Positions 15,224 to 31,574 are shown, counted from the first letter of the stretch. The stretch: DNA of 64,000 bases from Tubulanus polymorphus (GCF_964204645.1 NC_134026.1:22168150-22232149), one strand, 5' to 3'. Program-made: numbers and translations. The notes: a model not told the origin generated them from the letters alone.

Positions 15224-15566
15224 CAGCTGGTCCATCCTCCCCCGGCAGGGATTCGAACCTGATGGCATCGAGATTGCCACGGCACGAAACCCTGCCATAA
15301 TCGACCGTGTGCGCAGATACATGCGCTGTTCAGATGATGTGATTTTTAGCCAATCAGAAATCCCGTTTTATTTTAGCCCGGGTTTTCCCATTTATAGTTC
15401 TTCCTTGAAATTTGTCTCAACGATTATACAACGAGCAATCTGATTGGTGCCGCCAGTTTTCGTTCGGAAAGCTGCGCATGTCTGCCTACTGATGCAGGGG
15501 TTCGTGCCGTGGCTGAGTCTAGCGATGCCATCAGGTTCGAGTCCCTGCAGAGGGAGGAGGCAGCTG
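15224..15566. mobile_element. Inverted pair of ~70-bp tRNA-like (Pol III B-box) segments
   Basis: 15224-15295 is the reverse complement of ~15494-15566. Each carries GGTTCGA(A/G)TCC. Confidence 0.55.
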
Positions 15567-15638
15567 GTCAAGCAAGGCGAGTTGAAGAAACTTGAAGAGC
15601 CAGTGATTCCTGGATTGACCAACCAGGGTCGGATCCAG

Positions 15639-15778
15639 GGGCCCAGTTGCACAGTCGTGACTTAAGTCCAAAAGTGGTCTTAAATCTTAAGACTGGTCTT
15701 AACTTGTTAGATTGGCTATAGAACTAAGTTGGTCTTAGACTGGTCTTAAGTCTAAGGCATGACTATGCAACTGGCCCC
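15639..15778. mobile_element. PIF/Harbinger (Tourist)-like MITE
   Basis: TIRs GGGCCCAGTTGCACAGTC / GACTATGCAACTGGCCCC, with internal GGTCTTAA repeats. Confidence 0.7.
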
Positions 15779-16234
15779 AGGAATTTAGAATACAGGTGCC
15801 CAAACATCTAGAGCTGACATATGGTCATTCATCCAACTCTGATATTTCTAGACCATGGCTTTATTTTGCTGTGGTATTTTTCTGAAATGATTCTTTAAAG
15901 AATTTGAATTATTTTTTGTTTCCATGTAAATTCACACTTTTACGCAAATGTTTTCTTCATCAGTTTCAGAAACAGATAATATTTGTACTGTTCGAATGTA
16001 TCTTCATTACGTCATTCTTATTTATATTTCATGTTCAACTTTGGAGGCAAAACCTAACCGGTAGATAGAAAGTAGTTTCTTGGATTCGGCACAGGACATT
16101 AGGAATCACTGTTTACAATCACTGTTGACAATCAGACTTTCTTGGATTAAGTACAAGACATCAAGAATCACTTAATGGAAATTCAAGATAAGTTGCATTT
16201 ATCTCTTATTCATCAGTTGTTGATTTGATTTTAA

Positions 16235-16460
16235 GGGACCAGTTTTATAGTTTTTGTTATAAACCATGTTTTGAAATGAAATGATAGAAACCTGTTGCAT
16301 CTATCCAATTCATTCGAATATCTTTATATCGACGTGTAGGCCTATTTGGTGACTTTGATTAGTTCATGGTTGGGATTGTTATTTCAGTGATACACAAAAG
16401 TTTAAAGCGGGTTTACAGGTTTTCTAAATTGTTATTTCTGATAAACATGAAACTGGCCCC
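16235..16460. mobile_element. PIF/Harbinger (Tourist)-like MITE
   Basis: TIRs GGGACCAGTTT / AAACTGGCCCC, flanked by TAA on both sides (16232-34 and 16461-63). Confidence 0.7.
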
Positions 16461-16706
16461 TAATGTCAATGATACAACTGTGATCAATCATGTTCCTTTG
16501 TCACAATCAGATCTTTATAAACAGTTAGCAATTCTCTAGATTAGGCTATACTGTGTAGATATCAGACTGATTGTACAGTTACAGATACCTGTAACACTGT
16601 GTGTAAATAGAAGAGTACAGATGACGTGATTGAACAGTGATTTGTTCTTTCATCTTCACTATTCCCATCCGTCTAACTAAAACATCGTAACATTTTAACT
16701 CACCTC

Positions 16707-16992
16707 GGGGTTTGGGGAGGTTGGGTAGGGTTGGAGGGAGGCAGGGGTATAGGGAGGGTGGGAGGGAAGGGGTGAGGGAGGGTGGGAGGGAAGGGGGAGG
16801 CAGGGTGGGAGGGACGGGGTTTGGGAGGGGGAGGGAAGGGGCTTGGGAGGCTGGGAGGGATAGAGGCTGGGAGGGATGGGGATGGAGGGCGGGAGTGGAG
16901 AAATTAGAGGGAGGGGGATATAGGGTTGGTGGTGGGCAGGAGAGGATGGGTTGTGGTTTGACTTTGGAGTGAGGGGTGATGTTAGGTGGGTG
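16707..16992 (+). repeat. G-rich low-complexity tract with G-quadruplex potential
   Basis: Dense GGG/GGGA runs over ~280 bp in AT-rich surroundings. Confidence 0.85.
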
Positions 16993-17023
16993 GTAGTGTA
17001 TTTTTTTTTTCAGTGTTGAACTA

Positions 17024-17934
17024 CAGGATATTTCAGAAAATGTGTCCCATCTTTTTATTTATTCTAAGATAGCAAAGGTGTTTTATACTGATTAATCCTG
17101 TTACGCATCGCCACACACGACAGGAACACGTCATGTTAAACTCATGCATACGACGAGCTGTATTAGTATAACCACTGGTTAAGTGGACTATTTCTTATAG
17201 TTTTACTGGTTTATAGCGCGTACGCCTTTATTGAGCCACGGGTTTGATCCCCAATGAGTGCACCTTATTTCACTGTCACTTCTCTTAATCGTTAATGGAT
17301 AATTGGTCCAGATTTTTAATGAGGACTTTTCAATTTTTAGGGCCATTATTCAAGGTGGTCACAAATGAGTAGTTTACTTTGATCAGAAACTGCTCCCGGA
17401 TTGCGATCATAATATAGCTTAATGAGCTATTCAATTATTGACGTATACTGCTTCTTTCTTTAGTGCTTCTTTAAATGTCATTGGAATACTGTTTGTAGTG
17501 AAAGTCAATAGAAATGTTGTGGAGGACTGCAGCCTGATGAAAAATTGTCGTCGAGATGCAACCCAGTGGAATTTGCTCAGAATGCACCGAAATTCATCTA
17601 ATTTACCGTATCAAAATTTCGTGGGGGAGGACGCACAGACCCCACTTTCGGCGCTTTCGAACCTGCACCACTTGTTGATTGCGGCCGAGCCATTATTACA
17701 TCCCACAAACGCGTGTAGGTAGTGACCCAATATTCCATATTGTGCACTCCTAATGTTCATCGTTGCTTCCTCTTTGGCAGCGGATTTGAAGACGTACTCT
17801 TCGTTTTTGAAGAAGAGTATGAAACTCATTAGAAGCAGCATGCGGCACACATGTATCATTATCTGAATATTGATATCATTATTAATTATTTATCTTTCAA
17901 AAAGATGGGTCCAGACATTTTCTGAAATAACCTG
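17024..17934. mobile_element. Non-autonomous Tc1/mariner-like element
   Basis: TIRs CAGGATATTTCAGAAAATGT..CCCATCTTTTT and AAAAAGATGGG..ACATTTTCTGAAATAACCTG. TA lies on the left flank. No intact transposase is present. Confidence 0.7.
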
Positions 17935-18488
17935 CACACAATTTATTGGTGGAACAATGATGACATGGATTGACTAACACACAGAGACTATTGTTCTATC
18001 ATATAAATCCTGCAATTTTCATTTCTGAATGGGATATTCTATTGACACCGGTATATACGTAAAGCTATGACTTCTTGTTTTCTAGACAGAATTTCAAGGG
18101 CTGTGAACTAATCACACTTAAGACAAATTTTACTGTAGTAAAAAGTCGTAGTGTAAAAAGTTTGAGATAGTTAAGAATCGTTAAATAGGTTTATTTCGCC
18201 ATTTTTCACGATCATATCAATTTCTGAAAGTTGTGCACGGTCAACATCCTCCACAGTTTAAAGTATTTTAGATTTTATCAATGCTTCAATTTGTCAGTTT
18301 ATAACCGTAGCTTAGACTTTGATCAATGCATCATTTTAGACTCCAATTAGTGAATTATTTATGACTTATCCGAGTGATGGGTGATAAGTCCTGATGGGTG
18401 ATAAGTCCGATTGCCCTTAATCAAAACATGCAACGCTCTATTTCATGTTGTGAGTGAACAACTTCTAAGTGATCCTTAGTTACCCTTA

Positions 18489-18815
18489 CAGGGCTGTGAA
18501 CCAAACTTTGACTGTTTGGTCACCAAACCAGGACTGTGAACCAAACTTTGACTCCTTGGTCACCAAACCAGGATCACCAAACTTTGATTCTTTGGTCACC
18601 AAACCAGGGCCACCAAACTTTGATTCTTTGGTCACCAAACCAGGGCCACCAAACTTTGACTTTTTGGTCTCCAAACCAGGGGCGTGAACCAAACCTTGAC
18701 TACTTGGTCACCAAACCAGGGCTGTGAACCAAACTTTGACTCTTTGGTCGCAAAAAAGGACTGTGAACCAAACATTGTCTCTATGGTCACCAAACCAGGG
18801 CTGTGAATCAAACCA
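18489..18815. repeat. Minisatellite of about 8 units of 36-40 bp
   Basis: CCAAACTTTGA..TTGGTCACCAAACCAGG units start at 18501, 18541, 18577, 18613, 18649, 18689, 18729 and 18768. Confidence 0.95.
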
Positions 18816-19167
18816 AGGCCATGAAAGAAAAGTTTTGTAGTTTATTTCTATTGCCTTCATGACTCAATGTTTGAAATGATCCAGGCCTATGTGGAACTAA
18901 TGACTATGTTGTTAATGAAAGATTCATCTGTATAAGTGCTGCTGCTACTACTGGTTTGATTGGCAACTGGGAGGGATTCTCTCGATCAACTGATGTATCT
19001 TGGTCACTGACGTTTTGCTGTTCGTCACTAAAATACATAAACTTGACCCCAGCCGGAACTGATGAATGCGCCAGTGAGAGGAAAAAAGAAAAGCCAATAT
19101 GAAAAAGAAAATATGAAGTCAACATGTGAGCTAATAGCCACAAAATGAAACAGCATGAAATGCTGAT

Positions 19168-19359
19168 AAAAAGAGTGGGGTTCGAGAGCAATTCGAAGGT
19201 TTAGTGTCCTGCACGCTTAGAGGGCGGGCAGGGGTCTATTCCTACCTCGACTCAAAAAAAAGAAAACTAAGAAAAAGAGTGGGGTCTGAGAGCAATTCGA
19301 AGGTTTAGTGTCCTGCACGCTCAAAGGGTGGGCAGGGGTCTATCCCTATCTCGACTCAA
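19168..19359 (+). repeat. Tandem duplicate of an ~88-bp GC-rich structured unit
   Basis: GAGTGGGGT...CTCGACTC occurs twice, ~104 bp apart, separated by an A-rich spacer. Confidence 0.85.
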
Positions 19360-19899
19360 GCACTTAAAGACAGAGAAAAAAGGGTAAAAATGGCAAATGA
19401 TGAAATATGGCCAGAGTTATATTTGTTCCACTGGGTTCAAGTTTAAACTTGAAAAGATGATCAAATTACAATCTAACGGATCGTTGATTACGTATCCATT
19501 TTGTAAACATATCAGCAGTTCATAAATCAAAATTAATAAATCTGAATGAATAGGATTCCATAAAACCACTTGCTCAAAGCCTCTAGTAGAGAGCAAAGGA
19601 ATGTCTAATCTGATTACATGTATCAACTGTCATTGGTCCACAATGGTTTCATAATGAACATGTTGAATTCGTGAAGCAACATAAATAGCCTCACTTGATT
19701 TGATCATTCTTGTCCTTGATTTGTGTTTGCCCTTCTCACAACTTTTTGTGAGTGTGGAGGTTTGGTTTGAGTTCATTTCCTCGGTTCGAGGGTTGTACCC
19801 TCCACACCTCCCTCCCTTACAACATTGTTAGTTGAGTTCCTTAGGTTTGGTTTGATAACTTGGAGATAAATTCCTCTACAACTCAAACTCACCGCAATC

Positions 19900-22800
19900 A
19901 GTTTACAGGCAACTGCTGCGACATGCTTGAAACTTTTGATGGGTTCTGGGAGGGTCGGGACGGGAGGTTAGGTGAGTTGAGATGTTACGGTATTTTCTCT
20001 ACTCTACAAATTTGAGATGTTACACGCTGCTCTGTTGTCACTGATTATTGTTTCTTTTTCTTTTTAGAATGAAATGCACGCGATGGAATTTACCGTATGA
20101 AAGTTAAGTACAAAATTAGTAATGAATTTCTCTATAGGTTTTGGAAATATATCGGAATTCATTGTTTTAGAGAACTGTGCTATATAAATTATTCAATCTG
20201 TTTATCTTTTCAGCAATTGATCACTCAAAGATCACAGCAGTTTGAGGTGAGTTTTTAATCATTTACGCCTTGATCAAAGTTGAAATAATTAAGGTCCTTA
20301 TGTTTTTCATACATTTTTACAGTGGACAGAGAGATGTAGGTTTTTGATATGGTTTAAAACTGCTCTTATTTCATGGCAACTCATGTACCTGGTATGCTTC
20401 TATACAACGTTTGTATTTCAGGTGCTAAAATGAAGCTGAACCTCAGTAAATCTGCAAACAGTTATCATTGCACTCTATGAATCATATTCAAATCAGAAGC
20501 GGTGAGTTTTATATCGATTTATTGCAGTAATTTGTGGTGATTTTATCAGTTATTAACTTTATTTATTATTTTTTTATTTTTTTTGGGTGCATCCCCAATC
20601 ATATCTACTCGGGGGTGGGGGGGGAATACTGTGGATAATATATGCTACAGTAATCAAAACAAGTTAAAAAAAGTAACTTTCAGAATAGCAGACACACATT
20701 ATGTGATATTCCTGTATTTCAATAATCACCTTTCTCTTTATAGAATGAAGTCCACACAGCACACTAGAATTTACAACTCAAAAGACCTGGTTCAAAGTAA
20801 AACTGAAAGCGGTAAGTTTCAATTTCAAACGGCTCTTTTTTCATAACAACTAAACTAATTTATAACATTTATACATTTGTTGGTGCCAAAATAAGTGAAC
20901 CCTTGACATAATATATGAATAGTAAACTTGGGAATTCACCGAACATTTGTCAATGATGTACATCGCTTTAGATCCTCACATTAACACAAGTACCAGTAAA
21001 TATCTCTGCATATATTCCAGTCTCTATACTTGCTGCTGTTGGACTGTAAATGTATATTATATAGTCTTTCCCTGATTATTGCTTTTTCTCTTATATCCAT
21101 CCAGTTCAATGCAAAAGTGAATTACTTATGAGATTACTTATGAAACACCCTGAAACTACGTTAATAAGGGAAGGTCAATTTGAAATTTGAAGTTAGAATT
21201 GAAATTATCAAGTTGAAAGTATGCAACTTTCGTATTTTAGAGTCCAAAATGAAGCTGACTTGTAGAGTGTGATGTTTACTGTGTGCTGATTTGTTAGGGT
21301 TTAAACATAAGTCAGATGTGGTGAGTTTTCTATCCATTTTTTGCAGTAATTTGTGGTGATTTATCAGTTATAAACTTTTTAATTTTCTGTGCAGTTTCAA
21401 TAGATTTACGTTTAAATCAAGTCAAGAAAATGGCAGGTTTTTTATCGGTCACTTTCAACTAAATGTTTTCAAAATGATTGCTAACGTTTTTATTTTAGAG
21501 GGCAGTCAATAGCTACCATCAGACCCCATTGAAATCTACATACACTCAACATATTGTGATAAACTGCTCAAAAACATGGTGGGTTTGTAGAATACAATAG
21601 AACACAAACAAGCTGCAGTTTCTTTTTCTTTCATCAATTATTATCTGGAATAATTTTCTCTTTCCAGAAGGCGATGCACCCAACACTAATTGGAGCTGGA
21701 AAAATTAGAAAATATTCACCTTCAGAGAATGAAGGAAGCTTGTTGCTATTATTGTTCAAAAGAAAAACTAAGTAATTTTCCCTATACATTTCAACCTGGT
21801 ACTAAACAACTGTATATTTCAATTATATATGTATTAATTTTTTTCAGGAAATCATCAGTGCTCTTAACTTTATGACATAATGGCTCTTGGAATGCTAGAA
21901 ATACTGCATGGTCAAACCGCAGATCATCTAGAGGTAGCTTACATCTTTTCGGTCGGAAATATGTATTTTCCTGTAGTAGAAAGTCATACCAAACACTCAC
22001 AATCCTGAGCTTGTGAACTCATCAGGTAAACACAAGTATGAAAAGGTTGGTTTTCTAATAGAATTAGCCCCAATTTCTGACTGCTATAATTTTGTAAATA
22101 CATATACCGGTATGTTGCTAATTCTTTTCATAGTATGATTTTGTTTCGCAGCATGAAATTTGTCGAATAGAACAGTTTGAAAGTTGATCAAAGACTGAAT
22201 AATGATATCGAATCATGTGGAACTATACGGTAACTTACAACTCTTTTTTCCGAGGTGCATGTATTTCATGAATGAAAACAATTCCCACTTGACTGTTAAT
22301 CCAATCAAACATTTTAAGTATAATATTTGCAGACGCATGTTTTCTCTCTATTTTAGAATGAAACGTGAAGCAATTATGCCATTTGACGAAGCCAGCCATC
22401 TACCTGGAGATTGATATGATGCCACTTATTTCAGAGATCTGCAATTTTAAAGTTAAAAGTCAAATGAATATTGTTTCCATAAAACAAATCCCCTGATACG
22501 TCTCACAAAGCTGTAACGTCATTTTTACTGATAGAATAGCCTGTACACGGACTCAGGCGTAGAGAATAGATGATGTAAACCCGCTTTATGCAAATTTGAA
22601 AGATTAAATGCATTACTTATTTATCAAGAATCAGAATCAAAATTACAAAGTAAATGAAGAAATAACTTGAACGACACAAAATAACAAAACCTCTCAACCT
22701 AAGCACTTAACACCCTTTGCTTTACTTTCTCAATTAACTTGTTCTTCCCCTGTTTTAGTTATTTCTTCACACATAAAGATGGTCTCTTAAGAGACTCCAA

Positions 22801-23032
22801 ACCGTGTCTTTGAATTTTTTTTAAATTTGTATGTAGTGGGTTTATAATCTTATTTCAATTTTTACTGATAATTGAAATGTAGTTAGTACCCCAGGACCCA
22901 GTTTCATTGGTCTGGGTACGTAAACTTTTATGCTATTTTGAATGGAAATATTTTGTATAATATTGTAGATTACTTGTTTTCTTATGGGACTTTACTTTGT
23001 ATGAACTGTTGTATGGTTTTATTTGAAATAAA
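19900..23032 (+). ncRNA. Putative multi-exon spliced non-coding transcript or decayed multi-exon gene
   Basis: About 13 short segments are bounded by pyrimidine-AG and GT(A/G)AG-type sites, e.g. 20214-20246, 20323-20391, 20422-20501, 20744-20811, 21241-21320, 21499-21578, 21668-21771, 21848-21933, 21977-22025 and 22152-22229. Segment 20422-20501 has stops in all three frames. AATAAA is at 23027. Confidence 0.5.
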
Positions 23033-23339
23033 TATATATTTTCACTGTTGTTCTAGTTGTGTTACAGACGCCAGCAGCTTATTAAACTCTGCGTCACACC
23101 ATGCTTATTAAACTCTGCGTCACACCATGATAAACCTATACATCCCATATTAGTGAAACGGACCATGTGGACCCGGTTTCACTAACATTTTAGAAACAGC
23201 AGTTTGTAAACTGATGTCCCACGGGTAGCATTTATGGATGCGAGGGTTTCAATCAGTTTACAAACAAGAACATACGTACATGTAATTAACTCCTAAATCA
23301 ATTAATTTCACGACTATCATATTAAGCAGTTTCACTATA

Positions 23340-23776
23340 CCTTAGGTCTTACGTTATGTGCCTTAGGTTTAGTTAATAGGTGTCACTAAACCTATGACCC
23401 CTAAACTTAACCCCCAAATATCTTGTCTCTGATAAATAAACCAAATTTCAAATCGTCCAAACTACACAAATAACGATTTAGAGTCGGGTCTTATGTGTTT
23501 ATAGGTTTAGTGAAACCTATCATTTAAACTGATACACGTGTATGAGAACCATGTTACTTGAAATCGTCCGAACTACACAAATAACGATTTAGTCGGAGTT
23601 GGGTCTTATGTTTATAAGTCTAGGTTTAGTGAAAACTAAATATCTCGGCTCTGCTGATAAATTGACCAATTTGTATATGTGTCACTAAACCTAAGACCCA
23701 TTAGGAGGTCTTAGGTTTAGTGACGCCCTCAAATTAGGTACATGTGTATTTTGAGCAAAAACTATTTAAAAAAGTG
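23340..23776. mobile_element. Subterminal-repeat end of a probable CACTA/EnSpm-like DNA transposon
   Basis: TCACTAAACCTA / TAGGTTTAGTGA is repeated in both orientations, with a perfect 18-bp stem at 23681-23724. The block ends in ...AAAAAAGTG. Confidence 0.45.
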
Positions 23777-24561
23777 TTGCTAAAGCACGGGCCTGGAACA
23801 AAAGGTTTTTGAAGCCAGTATCATTCATTGGTACTATAAAAAGGTATAGTACTATAGTATATATACTATAGTACCGGTACCCAAGGCTGGCTTCCTGGTA
23901 GAACTTTGTCACGCAGTTGGGGGTTCTTTTAGACCCCAAAAACCCCCCTTAAATACCGGCCCCAGAAAAATTTGTTTTCCTAGTTCCGTTCGCGTTGGAT
24001 CCATTGATGCCATAGGTACGTAGTCTGCCTTCAGAACGTTTACAACAGTTCTGAAACGTACAGATAATGTCCAGTCGTCGTTCAGTCCGACAACGGCGCA
24101 CGAGATTGCCGTATGCCGGTGTCTCCGAAAAAGCTTGGTATAGACCTAGAATTGATTAGGCTTGGACACCGGTATGCTGAGAGCAGCCCTCGGCATGCTG
24201 GCTTCTCGAATAGGGCTTACACCATAGGGTGAATGGAAGCTTGTGTTGAAATCTCGTAGACTCTGCCTAAACCGGTACATTGGGGACTTTTGGACAAGAA
24301 GCGCGAAACGGAACGGAAAACTTATTTTTATTTTACAGATTAGCGGATAGATACGTAGCGGTTTGGGCCAATGCCAGTAGTGGTCTAAACGTAGAAACTA
24401 CGAATAAACCTGCGTAGATTGTTTCACTGTTTTGTATATGAAGAATTCAAATATGCAATTTTCACACTATTAGGCTACTGTTATAGTGATACGGGCGGTA
24501 TTATTAAGTTCCTTCCTCATTGTTTCAACATGCTATTATGAAAATGGTCACATTCACGCTT

Positions 24562-26861
<2,300 letters not shown>

Positions 26862-28924
26862 GTCAACTTGTGTTTTCTTTCTACAAAATGAGAATTTTCT
26901 TGGAATTTAAGAATTATGAAATCATAAAACCATCGTTCACAAAACACGGAATCCATGATACTGTTATGATGTAGGTTACGTACGTATATAGCCTATATAA
27001 TGTTGAAAATACGCATTAGAAAAGCGTATATTTTCCATCCTGGTTTGTGTTGAAAATCTTAAGTTTTTATATTCAATATTTTGTGAAATTCTGCAACAAT
27101 AGTTTTTGTATGGTAAAAAATAGCATCAATAACCTGGATGATATTTGAATAAATAAATGCGATATTTCGAATGGAAAACATTATTCAAGGCAATTTATTC
27201 GACCTGCATAACGTTCTCTGGTGATGGAGAACATCGTTAAGTTACCGTGAAAAAGCATGAAGACTGAATTAACTATATTTCTGTTGACTGTTTTGTAAAT
27301 TGTTTCGTGGTCGGTTGGTAAATTCGCGTGCTACAAGAAATTCTGAAGTGCCTCAACTGGACTTTATAGATGTGAAGATACTGTATCAGAAAATGCGTTC
27401 ATTTTCAAGCGTGAGAAAATACATAAGTATACCGATGAAATTGAAAAGTAACACGATAAAAAGGAATGTTGAATAAAACTGAATTTTAGCAGTGAATGAA
27501 TATATACCATTAAACACACCTAATGCACGGGTAAATCAATCATTCATTGATAATCATTTACATACTTGATTTCGATCACCATTGATGAAACGCTATCCGT
27601 TTTATGAAGTCCGAAAATGTTTCTTAGGAATTTGGATGTAATCGAAACGTTGAATGAACTACTAGCTTGAGGAAACATTTTCGGACTTATTGTTCGTGAG
27701 AATAGTGGGATTCTCTTTATATTACTTGATTTCGATATGATAATAATCCAAACCACCTTACTGCTCTGTTGCAAGATTGCAGAAAATCCGTCCGTTCTAT
27801 GCCTCCTGAATTTGGCGACTCTTGTTTGTCCTACCTACAGGACGAGTGTGATCTACTGTATAATTTTAAATGATTATTTTCCAGGCCTGGCTAATCACCG
27901 CAGAAGAGATAAGTCCGCGCCAAATAACCGTGTATATTCACGATATGCTTAAATCTTCTTATGATATCAAACGTTGTAACAGTTTATAACCGACACATGC
28001 TGAATCAGAACCGGTTTATTTCTTTATATAGCTTATGATACATTATCTTAAAAGGTTTATCTGGGACATAATTTCTGCCAATGGGTTAAGACGTCATTCG
28101 ATTCAAAAGTTAAAAATATCATCTAGAAAGATAAATTATAAGCGAGATCTATAAGGCAATTGTCTAAGAACCAATGCAGTCATTCTCCATAACATACGTA
28201 TGCAGGCCCTAGGACAGAAAGTGGTTGTCGGGAATGCCCGCCACCTAAACATGCGTCATTTGCTAAGACGACGATGAATGAAGATAGATGAAACTTATCG
28301 CAAGCCTATTGAAATCTTTTTATTCTCCTCGAGCGAAAAGAAACCTCTCCGGAAAAACAAAACAATAATGAACTGGGGTTTTTTATTTGTATGTGAACGA
28401 ACGTGAAACGCTCAATAACACTCCTACCGGTATCTCGTTCCGCCGTTTTGACCCCGGCTGTGTTGTCGCCCAGCCTCTGACGCCCAAGTAGGCCCAATTA
28501 CCCAAACTTGTAAACTGGAAACAAGCGTCTCCTATGTGAAATGGCGTTGGTATCAATGATAACACGATTTTGGAACGTTGGGTACAAGACCTTGTTAGAA
28601 AAGAGAAATAAAAAAAGAGAAAACGAAATTCATTGATACGTATAATGATTATTTTCAATCGGTACAATATATACAAGATATTTACAATAAATCCAGTCGT
28701 ATTTTGAAATCAATCGTCGTAAAATCAGCCTGGATTGTCCGTAGATTAAAGTTGTGATTCTATCTCAATCAATGCATGAAAGCATCATTTTCATGTGCAC
28801 TTAATATTTACAATTTAAATTCTAATCCTCTTTGATATTACTATATATTCTATGCGAAGAAAATTTTATTTAATGTTAATAATGATATCAGTCTCATTTC
28901 CTGCCCGCGCCTTCGTGTGTGTTC

Positions 28925-31026
<2,102 letters not shown>

Positions 31027-31487
31027 ATTTGAGTGAGTTTGTATTACTGAAATCGAACCAAAATTTCTGTTTTGAAGTTTAGAAAATTGCCAGTATATGT
31101 TTTAACGCCTTGTCAGAGATATGCGCACAATAAAAGATAAAATCAAATAGAAAATGATTTCATTCCGTGAAAAAGTCGGAGTTGAATCGCCGCCGGTCGA
31201 AAAAAGATAAGATTAAAAAAATGTTTTAATTCCGTGATAAAAAGTCGGAATTAAATCGGTCGAAAAGATTTTTCGAATTTTTATTTAATTTTATGATTTA
31301 TCAATCGGCAAAATATCTAAAAAAATGATTATGTCCCCAGGACGCTTCCGTACAACAAAGAATTAGTAAAAACTATTCTAATTTACAAACGACATGCATA
31401 GAATTAAAAAAAAAATTTGATTAAAAAAATAGATATCAAATGGACATTTCAGTGATAGTTTCGATAATCCAAATCATCTTAATCCAA

Positions 31488-31574
31488 ACTTACCTTTACT
31501 GGTGTTCCGTTGAAAGAAACTCTGTTCGCTTTAAAAGCTCTATGAATTTTCAGACTATGCATGGCCCTTTTATA
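31488..31574 (-). promoter_or_regulatory. Actin A TATA box and non-coding first exon
   Basis: Minus-strand TATAAAA at 31574-31568, GTAAGT donor at 31493-31488, and TTTCAG acceptor at ~31047 just upstream of the ATG. A 5'-UTR intron is typical of actin genes. Confidence 0.65.

Noticed and set aside
16712-16972. Gly/Arg-rich 86-aa ORF
   Set aside because: Artefact of the G-rich tract, with a TTG start and no splice context.
14636-17015. CACTG...CAGTG as a CACTA element
   Set aside because: The match is only 5 bp, with no TSD or shared subterminal repeats.
18469-18727. Repetitive ORFs and CRISPR-like periodicity
   Set aside because: The units are contiguous with no unique spacers, there are no cas genes and the context is eukaryotic. 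The ORFs are translations of the minisatellite.
24220-24295. RNase MRP-like motifs (AAAGTCCCC, GGGCTTA)
   Set aside because: The two motifs lie on opposite strands, so P4 cannot form.
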